From Basidiobolus meristosporus CBS 931.73 (Eukaryota > Fungi > Basidiobolomycota), in assembly GCA_002104905.1 (NCBI GenBank), contig MCFE01000035.1:1-64000 (forward strand): a DNA stretch of 64,000 bases. Reading direction: 5' to 3'. Shown here in pieces: positions 48,701-62,011 of the stretch; the stretch's first letter is position 1; every line of letters starts with the position of its first letter. A model generated the notes under the pieces. The model was not told the DNA's origin and did no database searches. It saw only the letters and a program-made list of their open reading frames with translations. The translations under genes were made by a program, and so were the position numbers.

Positions 48701-50984
48701 TTGTTGAGTGTGGGGTTGCGCTAAATGTTAGTGTAGGGTACAGAGACTTGTATAGATCAATACAATTAGCAATTGAGGTACAACCAAAGTTTCAACAGAA
48801 ATAAATCAATTTGTATGCATGAAAAGTAAGAGAAACAGTTGAGTCAGGAAGTAAGGAGTGTGAAAAAGAGGCAATAGCCAATCAATTTACATAAATGTAG
48901 GAGGCAATAGAGTGTCCAGGATCAAAAAATGGGCAAATTAGCAGGGAACCAATCAAAAACCACTTATACATTGTTGTGATGAAAAATTTTGACTAAGTTT
49001 TTTGTGAAATATGGGGTGCAATTATTTTTCAATGGTCTCTGGATGGTGTCCTAAGAAGATCAGTACCTCTTAGTCATGGGACTTTAACTTTGTGACAGCC
49101 TTTTGACAGGATGATCTCATTAATTTTTCATAGGGTGTTGTTGCTTTGTCTGTCAGTGGGATCTCCACTCTATCAACAATGGAGGATGTGGAGGCTGTGG
49201 TAGACCAACTGCCATTTGCTGGAAACCCATCTACCTCACTGGAGTATAGCTCAACTGGGTGCACTTCCAGCTCTTGTGATAACAGTTGTTTTCTTGCTAA
49301 TAATTCTTCTTGGCTATGATGGAATTCAATCTATTCTGGGCTTACAGCCTTAATTAGCAAGAACAGCAGCTTTTTTCTTATGCTTCCCTGTCTCTAGCTT
49401 GGGTAGACTTTTTTCCCTTTACATTTGTCATCATCACTACCAGGTCTTTCACTACTACTTTGTCTGAGTGCTTCTTCAGTTGATCTACATTTTCACTTTG
49501 CTAAATGCTGCTGTGATACATCTGTTCTGGCCTGCTTGTCCCTTGCTGGCATGCTGCAGGCAACCTGACTCTTCTTCCCAGGTTGTTTTGAGCTCTCAGC
49601 CCTAGTTGTGATGGGCTCCTGAGGTAAATGATGATTTTAACTCTGCCAGGTCCTTCACTGCAACTTTGACTGCGGGCTTCTTGAGCAGAACTACATTTTT
49701 TCCTTGTTAAATGTTGTGCTGGTGAATCCATGTCAGCCTGCTTATCCATTATTGGCACTCTTCCAGCCAACTGATATCTTTTTGCACTTGTTTGGAGCTT
49801 TTGGCTGTGCTTGTAACAGATCCTTGAGGAAGCTGCTGATTTTTTGCCATTACGCCCTAGTTCTTCTGCCTGTGATAGTTTCTGCTATTCTTGAAATGCC
49901 TTCTTAGCAAACCAATGCTGGCCCAAAATCTGTTTGCTTTTTTGAGTCCAAGACAATACTCATGGAGCAAGTCAAGCATATTCTGATTGGAGTTCCCAGT
50001 GTACTCATGATGTGCCAGCCTTAAGGTGTTGGCATTCTAGAATTTTAATGGCCTCTTAAATATTAGCCTGCTCTTCATCATTGCACTCAGTGGCTTTACA
50101 GATCTTTAATGTCTTTTGATTTTTAGGCTTTGGTTTATACATTGAAGCTTCTCCCTCCCATGCTGTGAAAGTTTTTTTGGTGGGCTTTATCTTTGGGCAC
50201 TGTTGTTGTGCTTCAATGACTGTATGGTGCTCCCCTGCTATTACATTGGTAAATGACTCAATTCTTGGCTGTGACTTTGAACTACTGAAGTTTTTTTTTG
50301 CAGCAACAAGGCTGCTTTGTCTACCTGGGATACTGACTACTCTTCATGTATGATCTGCAGAGCATATCAAAGCCACAACAATGCCATGCAACCCTTAGCA
50401 AAACACTGCCCAAACACTTTTTTTGTTTCATATTTGGTATTTATGCTGGTTACTAGGTTTTCCTTAATGATATAGATATGGATTAGGCATGTAGCATATC
50501 CATGGTTTGTTGGATCCCCTAGAGTATTCAGTAACCTCCTGTTATCAGAACTTTCTACTTTGGGATGTTTTATCCATTCAGATCTGGCATAACTTTCCAC
50601 AGGCTTGATCAAATAGGATCAAATAAACTCCTTTAAAAAGCCTTTCTCTTAAAATCTTGGTTGCAGATATCATAACTGCATTAAAGCCCATAGCTAGAAG
50701 CTGCAAGTTGGTTGATATGATCATAATTGCAAGATCAACATCCAATCATTGTTAATAAGTATGATCTGCAATCACTATATGCCTAGTGATATATGTACCA
50801 GTATGGTGCAATTTGATCAAGATCTCCAGTGGCACTTTTCTTGATTGCAGTAGAAATTCTGTGTTGAGATATATATGGATGTATCTCTTCACACTGTCTC
50901 TGATACTTGAGGTAAACATATAGCTTATCTAACAAGTATATCACAGAGCCTCAGGATCATAGGTACTAGTAATAGTACCACTAA

Positions 50985-51480
50985 CCCTATGAAACATTTT
51001 TGTGATGATCCCATCAAAAGGCCATCACAAATTCCAAGTCCTGTAACTAGAAGGTACTAATCACCCCAGGACATTGTACAAAGACTGTCCAAAAATAATT
51101 GCACCCCAGATTTCACAAAAACTTAGTGAAGAATCTTCATCACAACAATACAAAAGTAGCTTTTGATTGGTTCCCTGCCAATTTTCTTACTCTCTGATCC
51201 CAGACACTCTATCACCCCCTTTGTTTGCATGCATTGATTGGCTATTGCCTCTTTTTCCACATCTTACTTCCTGACTCAACCATTGCTGTTACTTATCATG
51301 CATACAAACTGACTTATATCTGTGGAAACTTCAGTTGCACCTCATTTGCCACCTATATTGATCTATACAAGTCCATATACCCTACAATAATATAATAGTA
51401 TTATATTGATCTATTCAAGTCCATTTACCCTACAATAATATTAAGCTTAGCCCTACACTCTGAAGCAACTCCATTAAAAT
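50985..51480. repeat. Terminus of a further CACTA-like element
   Basis: CCCTATGAAAC...GATGATCCCATCAAAAGGCCATCACAAATTCCAAGTCC, collinear with the sequence from 37912 onward. Confidence 0.75.
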
Positions 51481-52008
51481 CCAGCACTCCATTGGTATAG
51501 GATGGAGTTACTGGTAATTTACTCAGTCCTGCTTATATGGCCTGGAATAGTGCTTTTATTGCTGTAGATACTCTTTTTAATGCTCTAAACACATTTCTCT
51601 CAGTGAATATCTTCTTGTATGCATATACTGTGCCTTAATAAGTATCATGACAGTTTTACCTAATCTGCTGCTTTCTCCTATATATGGCTTTCCTCTGTAT
51701 GTCCTGCCAATATGTTGAATCTCATTAGATATCCAAATGTATGCACTACTCCTACTCTGAAATGATTAAATATCTCATTGTGTTGCTTCTTTGGCCTTAA
51801 AGGCACATCTTTTCTTGGCTTTCTATGAGCTGTTGTACATCCTAATCTCTGTCAATCCTCTTCAATATATGCCAAGTCTGCCATACATTTCTCCCCACTA
51901 CTGAACTCTTGATGTTTCTATACCCAGAGTGCTTTGTCATGCTTAGTTCCAGCAAGTGTTCCACTAAGCTAGATGATGTAATTGTCAATGTCAGACAGTG
52001 CTTGAAAC

Positions 52009-55000
52009 TGTTGTACAAGTCTTGAAGTAACTGTAAGTGATTGGGAGGAAAAGTTGATTATGTTGTTTTCACTTAATGATTCATTGAATGTAAAAGCAAT
52101 ATATATACTTTGGCATGGCCTTGGCATCACAGGCCTGTGAAATAAGGTCAGCAAGATCCCAACAACATGTGTGCAAAGTTTACGGCTGTTTGGCAAACTT
52201 TGTGAATATTCATGTTCTGAGTACCTGATATTTTGGTGAAAAAATTGCAAGTAAATCCCAACAAGGAATTTGGTCAGTAATCTCAAGAATTTGTAGATAA
52301 AGATCTAAGTGACTAAGTAAGATAAATATTTTGGTGAAATTCCAAACTTTTACAATGCTCCCACTCAGCTAAATGCATATACTGACAAGTCCCAATCTTG
52401 ACCTAAGATATTCAAAATTCTCTCTAGCTAATGGTTTACTAAATATGTCTGCAATCATTTTGCTTATAGAGCAGTAAGCCAAGTTGACTAAGCTATTCTC
52501 TATAGCTTAATATATGAAACAATGTCTAATAACTATGTGATTAGTTCTAGCATGAAAAGTTGGATTTCTACCTAATTGTATCCATCCCTGATTATTATGA
52601 AATAAAGTAATAGGTATTTTTGAAATAAGCCTAAATCTATAAAAAGCTCTCTTAACCACATTGCTTCTTTTGTAGCTTCACAAGATGCCATATACTTGGA
52701 CTTTGTGGTAGAAAGTGTTATAGTTGGTTGCTTTCCTGAATTCCATGAAATTACTCCTTGACAGTAAAGAAAGGTGTATCCTGTGGTGGATCTTTGGTCT
52801 TCTAAATTTTGTCCCCAATCAGCATCAGAGTATCCTACCAGCTCCTATTCTGAATCCTTTTAAGTGTATCTTTAGCAGATATAAGTAGTTTCTTTTAGGT
52901 ATCTAAAGACATGCTTAACTTCTACTATATGATCAGATCCATAGTACTGATTATGCTAGCTGACAACTCCAACTGAATATGAGATATCTGGACGTGTTCC
53001 AAGCAAGATACTCATTAGACTGCTAGTCACAGGTTGATACAAAGAGTTGGGGCTTTCAGATGGTACCAAGCTTGCTTGATTTACTTGAGTTCTGACAAAG
53101 TTATGGTTTGTCTCTATTGGGATAGCTGATGGTTTACAGATTTCCATTTGATACTTCTTTGCTATATCTTGAATATACTTGGATTGGCTTAGGATGATAG
53201 TCTTGGTGACTCTGTCTATGGAGAGCTTCATCCTAATCAGTAACTGAGCTCTGCAATATTGGACATCTTGAACTCTTTGGATAGGCTGGATTTAGTCTCT
53301 TCCAATGTTTCTAGGTTGTTAGTAGCTATAATAAGATCATCCATGTATAGAGCTAATAGAACTGGATTTGCTCTATCTGACTTATAGGATATACAATAGT
53401 CAGCATTACTCCTTTTGAAACTCAAAGATTCCAAATAAGAATCTATTTTGCAATTCCAGGCTCTTGGTGATTGTTTGAGACCATATAGTGACTTTTTAAG
53501 CTTGCAGACCAAATGGGGGTTATCTTGGTCAACAAACCCATCAGTCTGGTCCATATACGCGTCCTCATCAGTTTCTCCATTCAAAAATGCAGTTTTTACA
53601 TTCCTTTGATGAATAAAAACCTTATATTTTGCTGCAATAGCCAATACTAATCTGATGGAATTAAACTTGGCTACGGTGCAAAGGTCTCAGTATAGTCAAG
53701 TCCTTTTGTTTGAGAGTATTCTTTGGCTACAAGTCTTGCTTTGTATCCTTCAATTGTGCCATCAGCCTTGTATTTTGTCTTGAAGGCCCATCTGCATCCA
53801 ATTAATTTTTGATTGATAGGTGATTTGAGTAGGTCCCAAGTTTGGCTTTCCATCAGGGCCTGATATTCCTTAGTCATTGCAGATCTCTAAAACCTTGTCT
53901 GAGGGCTATTTAGAGGCTCTTTTACTGTCTATGATTCATCATCATGGACTGAATAGACATAGGCTATGTTTGTACCCTCATTGATATGGTAATTTGGGCT
54001 ATTTCTTGTGTGGTTAAATCTCCAGGCATTTGATACTGGAATGAGCACTGCTGGGATATTTCTGGACACCAATTCAGGCTGAGCCATGGTTGCAAAGTGC
54101 TTGATTGTACTACTAAACTTGTATTTTGTCTTAAAGACCATCTGCATCCAATTGATTTTTGGTTGATAGGTAATTTGACTAGGTCCCAAGTTTGGTTTCC
54201 ATCAGGGCCTGATATTCCTTAGTCATTGCAGATCTCCAAAACCTTGTCTGAGGGCTATTTAGAGGCTCTTTTACTGTCTATGATTCATCATCATGGACTG
54301 AATAGACATAGGCTATGTTTGTACCCTCATTGATATGGTAATTTGGGCTATTTCTTGTGTGGTTAAATCTCCAGGCATTTGATACTGGAATGAGCACTGC
54401 TGGGATATTTCTGGACACCAATTCAGGCTGAGCCATGGTTGCAAAGTCCTCAGGAGTGAGAAAATTTTCATTGTTTTGCTCTGGTTCAATTGTCACAATT
54501 GGTGGACTTGTGGTCAGATTCTCACCATCATCTGATGTCATTTATGTGAGCATTCTGAATTCATATCAAGCAACACATCCCTGGATTTGACCAACTTCTT
54601 TGATTTGGTATTGTAGAGTCTGTATGCCTTATTCTTATTGCATCAGCCAAAAAATATGCATTATAAACTTTTTGGCTTAAATTTTGACTGATTTCCTGGC
54701 AGTTTCTTGGCATATGCTGTACACCCAAGTATTCTTAGATGCTTTGCTCTTGGCTTGCATCCATTTTATGCTTCAAATGGAGGAGACACACAAAATGTTC
54801 TGCTTTAACTCCTATTTATATGGCTTATAGCTGCGGCAACTGATACCTCTCAAGAATAACTTGATAAGTTTTGATCACGGATCACAGATCTTGCCATATC
54901 AGTGGTTGATCTGTTTACACATTCTGCTACTCCATTATGCTGCAGGGAGTATGATACAGTAGTCTATTGCATTATCCTATGACATTTGCAGAAGTGGATG

Positions 55001-57824
55001 AAGAGGTTTGAAGTGCATTCTTCACCATTGTCAGAGCATATCTTGATTTTTTAACCAGTTTCTCTCTCCACCATGGCTTTGAACTCCTTGTGCTTAGATA
55101 GATATTCTTTCTTTCTCTGTATGAAGTAGACCAATGTGTATCTTGTATAATCCTTAGTAAAAGTGATTAAGTTCCTTATCCTGCCTAAATAAAAATTATG
55201 ATGAGGTCCACACAGATTTAAGTGAATTGGATATAATTTTTCTGAGTTTTGATTAACCTAGAGCTTGTGAACCATTTCTTGGCTTGCTTCTCAGTTATGC
55301 AGGCTTCATAGAGCCCCAAATTAGCTGGGGGATCAGTTTTACTCCAGAAATCAGCTGATCTTGGATCATTTTGCGCAAATAAGCAAAAATAATGCAACCA
55401 AATCTCCTGTGCCATGGCATTGGTGTTTATTCCTTGAAGTTACTTGTACTGGCTTCCAGATATAGTAGATATAAGTTAACTTATACAGATTCTGATCTCT
55501 GATGCCCAAAGCAACATGACCACCATTTAGATCAGTGATCCTGCATCCCAAATTGTTAAAGCTAAAACTGAGTCCTACTGCTGCAAACTTGCCTAAAGAT
55601 AGAAGGTTATCGGCTATTTCTGGTATGTACAGTACTTTCTTGAAGGGCAATGTAGGGCTTCCTTCACTGCTTCTACAGCTGACTTGGATAGTAACTTCTC
55701 CCACTGCATCAAGTGTTCTATGGTCACCCATGAGAGACTTATTAATTGCAATATCTTGATATTGAGTAAACAGTCATTTTTGTTGTGTGAAGTGTTGAGA
55801 TGCCCTAGAGTTGATGTACATTCACCAAGAGTACTTGTTTGTGGTCATTTTGGGTGCAGATATCAATAGTCTATCTTCAGTTGTTGCAGCATGTTCATAC
55901 TCAGGAATTTTCTGCTGACTATCTCTCCTCTTGATGCACCCATATGATGTGTGTCCTTTCCTTTTGCAGTTGAGGCAAAACAGGCTGGTATTGCCGTTAA
56001 AAGGTCTTTGGTATTGCCTTTAATGGTTATTATTGCTTATTATAGCATTTCCCTCCTCCTTCTTGTTGGAACTGTGATGGCGTAGAGGTACTCCTTGGAG
56101 AAGCTACACAACTTAAGATGTGTGAGGTATCAAATAGGTGTTATAACGTCTGGGTCTAAACTGCTGGTGTCTTTGTCAGTATGCTATTATGGTAAAAGCT
56201 CCTGCTTCTCTAGCTTCCTGAGTGCTCCAAGTTTCTCCAAAGACCTCTGTGTGTCTTGTGCACTACCCTGAAAAGCTCCTTGATGGCAGGTCTGAGGAGT
56301 AACTGTTGAAGATAGGTGCAGTGATCAACTACAAATCAATAAAGGAGAAATGTTACTGATCAAAGGAATGATTTATTGATGAGGGATTGACTTCCCTTAA
56401 AAGCTTTTCCAGATTGCCAGGTGATTTTCAATGACATGGTTCCAGATGATTCCAGGCATCAGTGGAATTCTGAATGACACCACTTTGAGCTAAAAATACT
56501 CCAAGAAGGTCATGGAAGGTTCTGAAAGGCACAAAACATCCAACCAGTTAAGGTTCAGTATTCTGAAACCTGTGTAGCATAGAGATACCATACATGGTCT
56601 GAAATGGTGGGAATGGTAACATAGACTTAGGTCATGTGTCATGGGTACTTCCCTGGTTTTGATACATATATTGATCAGAAAGCTGAATAACATCTGGGAT
56701 AAATAATGATAATAACTACTCAGGAATAATATCAGATGGAGCATAACACCAATAATATGGGCCAAGATGAATATGATAATACTGATAAAATATAATATAG
56801 ATAAGTCCATCATAATGGCTATATGGATAAACCTGTCTGTGGGAGGTATGCCTACTCTACCACAGTGCTTGACTTTCTTAATTCTTCATCCAGGAGCCTT
56901 CTGTATATGTAATTTAAGGTCAAATCTTCAGTTCTAGATTCTAGGGCTGATAAAAAGCCCTGAAACACATCTGTCAGGCTACTCAGGATGGTTACTATCA
57001 CATCCTCCTCAGTAGTTGGTATGCCCACAAATTCCATCTAATCCACCTGCAGGGTAATTCTGTTAATTAGATTCTTCATTTCTTCTGCTGGCAGCATCTT
57101 TGTAGTGAGGAATCTTCTCCTAAGATGCATTTTCTTAGCAGCTGAACATGACTGGTTGGTGTCTTCTAATACCTTCCAGGCAGTCTTTGTGGTTTTTGCT
57201 CTTAAGCATTGAATTTGCAACTTGTCTTTAACATTAAGGCAAATGCAGTTGAAGGCATATTGCTCTATCTTCTGGTGCTCTAAGAATTCCCCTCCCACAT
57301 TTTTGTCAGAGCATTCTTCTCCCATGGCAATATCCCCAAGGATTTTTTCTTGTGGCAGCATCTTCATCTTTGCCTTCCACACTTAGTGGTCAGAACCATC
57401 CAAGTTTTCAGCAGAAGGAAAAATTCCAGTAATAGCACTAGTTGAAATTGCAGAGAGCAACAACTTGGGGCTCATAACTTGTGTAAGAGTCTTGGAGAAG
57501 TTATAAGTTATTGGAGGACAAGTAATCATGTAGATTTCACTTAATGATTGACTGAATGTAATGTAGTACTTATATTTTTACATGGTCTTTGACTAACAAG
57601 CATGTAGAATAAGTTTAGGAAGGTCCCAAGAACATGTGTGCAAAGTTTGCAGCTGTTTGGACAACTTTGAGAACATTGATGTTCTGGGTACCTGATATTT
57701 TAGTGAAACTATTCTAAATGAATCCCCACATGAAACCAGGTTGGTATTCTCTAAGATTTGATGGTAATGATCTAAGTGACTAATATGGTTGAATATTTAG
57801 GTGAAATCCCAAATTTTGACAACA
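52009..57824 (-). mobile_element. Old, mosaic Ty1/copia element with internal duplication and a solo-LTR insertion
   Basis: Diverged LTRs 52009-52357 and 57480-57824, TSD GAAAC on both sides, PBS and PPT remnants, degenerate gag-pol. Confidence 0.9.
56073..56864 (-). repeat. ~0.8-kb solo LTR inserted in copia gag, related to the 1-kb LTR family
   Basis: TG...CA ends with a short imperfect inverted repeat. Minus strand TTAAGGGAAGTCAATCCCTCATCAATAAATCATTCC...TGATCACTGC...CTCAGACCTG parallels 33390-33500. Confidence 0.65.
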
Positions 57825-59242
57825 GAAACTTCACACAGTGTGCCTTGTATTTGCCAGAATTAAAGTGCCTCTGCTCTCTAGATGGTCTGTAAATCCTGAC
57901 TGGGAAAGCATCCAAAATACTTCTGATATGGAACCTGTTGCTGAACACTCTGGGATATGGAAGACAATTGGAGCTTCTGAACCTAGTATTCCCAGCTTGC
58001 TCTTAGTCATTCATACCCTCTGCAAGGTGGTTCTCTATTGCCATCAGCTGAGAATGAAAGCTTCCAGAACTGCTTCTACCATGAATGGTGGGATAAAACC
58101 TTGCAAGGCAATGGCTTTTGTAATAATAGAGAATCCTAACAAGGGATCTTCTTGAGTAAATTGGGGCAGATGGTCCACTGCACTTGGTATAGATCTCCTC
58201 TAATGTGTCAAAAGGATATCCAGTGGTTGTTATCAGATTAATGAGAAAAGACCATTCAGATGAGTAAGACAAATCAAAAATGATACATGATAGAGTAGAG
58301 GTGATATGAATTGATTTGGCACAATGGGCTTACTTTATCTGTTATTCCATGCATCATGATGAAATCTACATCAAAATTGCAATGTGTCCCATCATTATGT
58401 GGCAAAATTGTCCTCAAACAGTAACTTGGCAACTTGATTGATAATATACTCAGAGGGCCATACTCTAATAGGAAATATGTAGTTGATGTGAACTAATCCA
58501 TGCCAATGCAATCCAAGATGCACCGTGCATAATATATGGAATATTCAACAGTCATATTTCCTATAAGACCAGGTTAATGCCAATTTAGGAGGCAAAATAT
58601 TGACTACAACTACACAAGTGGCTAAGATCATAGTCAACATGGAAGTAGTTCAGGTGTGCAAAGTGAGTCACTACCAAATGCTTTGGTAGTAATCCCTGTG
58701 AGAAAAAACCCTAGGTGAAGATAATCCATTTGTATTGAATTTTTGCCATTTGTTATGATCCAAATAACACTTTTTTTGGCAATCCAAATCAAGCCATTTC
58801 AAATCAGTGATCACTAAATTTTTGTTATAACATCAAGAATGAGCTTAGAGTGGGGGGATTGGATGGGGAAGCCATGTGCAAATAATTCTTTACGCAATTA
58901 GATTCAAAAAAACACATTAGTTTTCTTATATACTACATATATAACCAGATTGAATATGTATGTATGAAGACATATAACAAGACAAGTATTGGAATCCAGA
59001 ATGAGCTGAGAGTACGGGTATTTGATGAGGAAGCTGCGTGCAAACATTTCCACATGCAATTTGCACCATACAGGCTAGATAAGTATGCTTGGGCCTCAAC
59101 TTTGGGAACCAAAGAGATTTTGAATGAGCTTATGCCTCAAATGACTGAAGTACTATATGATATATCAGTAGAGCTATGTTGCTTTCTAGAGCAATAATCA
59201 TAGGACTTTTTGACTCCTTACCATCCCCTACAATGCTGGTGG

Positions 59243-60256
59243 TGTAGTGGGGTCACAATAACATCCACTGACAGATGTGCCCATTCCCATACTTTCTACT
59301 TCCCTATTCCTCTACTAACTATATTTCAGTTTTACTCCATTTGACTTATCTGATCAGCACTATTCTTTAAGCCAGCTAACTACTATACATGCTTATTTAC
59401 TGCATAAGTTATCCCTCACTATATGAAAGAATAATAGATGTAAGTGCTTCCATAATAGGCAAGTACCTATGCTAGGACCTGTGACACATGATCAAACCAT
59501 GTCACAATCCCTACAATATTTGTTTGATATATTGTATCCCCACTTTACAAAGGTCTCAGAATACCAATCCCTGATTGATTTGATGTACAGTGCCACTTAG
59601 AACCTTCTGGCATCTATTTGGAACACTCTTAGCTCATTCTGATGCCATTGAGATTTCTATGGATATCTGCAATATTCTGAAACACCATGATTAGTAATCA
59701 CTTAGCCAGTGAGAAAAGTGTACAAGGGAGGCTAGCCCTGATTAGTAAATCATCATCCCTTTTATCAATATACCAGCTTGTTGATTAGTGTGATCACTGC
59801 TTCCTGCTGCTACCTGAACTTCCAATCCCAGGCCACAGGTCACTCCCAGTAAGCCATACTGACAGCCAGCTGACCTTGGATATATTACATGTGAGTAATA
59901 CTCAGAGTAGGTATCTTTTATTATATTTGATTCTTTCCAAGTGTGTTCTTGTGCAGGCAACAATACTTTTCTGTCTTTGTAACTATCCACAACAGCTGCA
60001 TTCTTATCAAGTCCCTGCGATGGCATTTACAGCTGGTTTGACTTTAGAAGCTTCAGTACACTGTCATCTTAAAGGATGCTGAGCCATGCACATACTTTTG
60101 TTTAGATGCCAACTAAGTTGAGGATTGTAGCTCAAAAGTTCTCCCTTGACAATCTTGTGGGTATGTTCCCCTTTGCATTAGAGTTGAGAGAGAACCCAAG
60201 TATCTCTGGGAAGCTTTTGCCAGAGATTATTGCACCCAGTTAGCACCCCACATACA
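59243..60256 (+). repeat. ~1.0-kb solo LTR-like repeat, second copy
   Basis: TGTAGTGGGGTCACA...GCACCCAGTTAGCACCCCACATACA; collinear with 32899-33919. Confidence 0.7.
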
Positions 60257-62011
60257 AAATACTAGGAAGATGATGAATACATCTCTCCCTTGAACATAAG
60301 AGTGCCCCACATTGAGTCAACATATGTCAGATCAATGCACACACTTCAGAGCAAACCTACTAGAATTTGCCAAGCTGCTCATTTGGACACAAGTCCATTG
60401 AAGCAGGCTAAGTTGCATTCACATGAAACATTACATCAAACTCTACCAAGGGCTATGCAAATGCACCAAGTTGCACCGGTGCATGCTGCTGCACCTCACC
60501 ATCAGCAAGTTACTGCTGGTGAGCTGACTGACAATGTCTCAAATGAAGTGCCTCCACCACCCAAGCCTTTGGCAAGTAAAAACACATGTTAGCATGTGGC
60601 ACTTCAGGCCAGTTCCATTGCATCATCTGGAGCAATTCAGGGCAGCCAAGCTTCAGCATTGCACCCATAAACTAGTGGGCAAAATACTGACTACAAGTAC
60701 ACAAGATGATAGTCAACAAGGAAACAGTTCAGGTGTGTAAAGTGAATCACCACCAAATACCTCAGTAGTCATCCCAGTGAGAGAAAAATATAAGAGAAGA
60801 TGATGCAATTGCATTGAATCATCACTGCTTGTCATGATCCAAACAACACATTTTTTTTGGAATCCAAAATGAGCCATTGCAGCTATGTGATCACTAAGAT
60901 TTAATATAAGTAACATCTAGGTCATCTCACATATGAGATAGAGCCCCCATAGTAAGCACCCTGCATATATATACATCATCTGTAACAGCACTGCAGCTAT
61001 TTGATCCATTTTGCACCAACACAATTAGTTGCATGCTTGCTATGACACCTTGTCCAATCACTCAGATCAGGGACTTACTTGCTCAATGGGCAAAATGGGA
61101 CATTTGAGAGCAAAGCAATTAGCTGGTGTACTTGTCAATGTGCTAATTGAGGGCTTCACAGCTTCAGGATACATTTGACTAATCAGCAATTGACATATCA
61201 TCCAACTGGAGTGATAGTAACCAAAATGGTAAGCATCAGAGTAGTGTATAGTGTATTATGCCTTCATTTCCATTTACATTAAAGTAACATATCCAAATAC
61301 CAGATGTTACCTACCACAATAGTGGTATCCAATTGCACACATGGTGCACACATCACAAGTTGGAGCAATCATTTGTGCCAACCTTACTGTGTCAGATTGT
61401 GCCATAGTGTGCAAGATTGTCCCAGGTAGTGCAAAATTGTTCAAGAGCAATCCTGCCTACTGGTAGCTGCAATATTGTGCTCAATTGTTCTTTGCAACTG
61501 CAGATTGCACCACATGCCCTGGCATGGTACAATGGAACAAGTCTAAGGGCTCACTTAACCATACAATGTTACCCTCAATGTCAGACAGTGTTTCAAACTT
61601 TAAGCAGTGTCTCATGTATTTACCATCATAAAGGTGTCTCTGCCTTCAGAAACATCTATTAAGTCATACTTGAAGGATTTCCAAATAACTCCTAATATGG
61701 AAACTGCTACTGAGCACTCAGAGACATGAAGTCCTACTGGTGTTATGATATGCAGGTTGACTTTTTAAGTAAGATCAATTACTAATCATATTATTTATTT
61801 CTATATATAGCCTATCAGTATATCAGTTATATCTATCAAATCATTAGCTTTAGTCTGAAGATGAGTCAGTAGATCCTCATCATACAGAAATTGATGTATT
61901 AAGTTAGACTTAAATGGGTGATGGTGATGCAACTAAATAATTCATTTGCCGCAACCTACATTAGCAAATACCATTAGTCAGCAATCAATTGGGCAATATG
62001 ACTACAAGGAG

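Larger units (their letters stand above)
38653..49135. mobile_element. CACTA/CMC-type DNA transposon A (~5.8 kb after removing a nested copia)
   Basis: TIRs CCTTATGAAAAATAATT (38653) and the reverse complement of CCCTATGAAAAATTAAT (ending 49135); TGTT on both flanks; transposase on the minus strand and a divergent accessory ORF on the plus strand. Confidence 0.75.
37912..50360 (-). mobile_element. Older CACTA/CMC-family element B, split by insertion of element A (pieces 37912-38652 and 49136-~50360)
   Basis: 37912-38640 is the reverse complement homolog of 48415-49135, and 49136-50360 is an inverted homolog of the accessory ORF of A. The two pieces join into one continuous sequence across a TGTT duplication. 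Confidence 0.65.

Noticed and set aside
37912-49135. A single element with ~700-bp terminal inverted repeats
   Set aside because: No TSD at these ends. A short TIR plus TGTT duplication at 38653/49135 shows one element nested in a sister element instead.
51356-51440. ~46-bp tandem duplication in a CACTA subterminal region
   Set aside because: Two copies only; ordinary slippage in a decayed repeat.
57830-58300. Possible DDE transposase remnant, also homologous to ~61560-61740
   Set aside because: Clearly repetitive, but the catalytic motifs are too degraded to assign a class.
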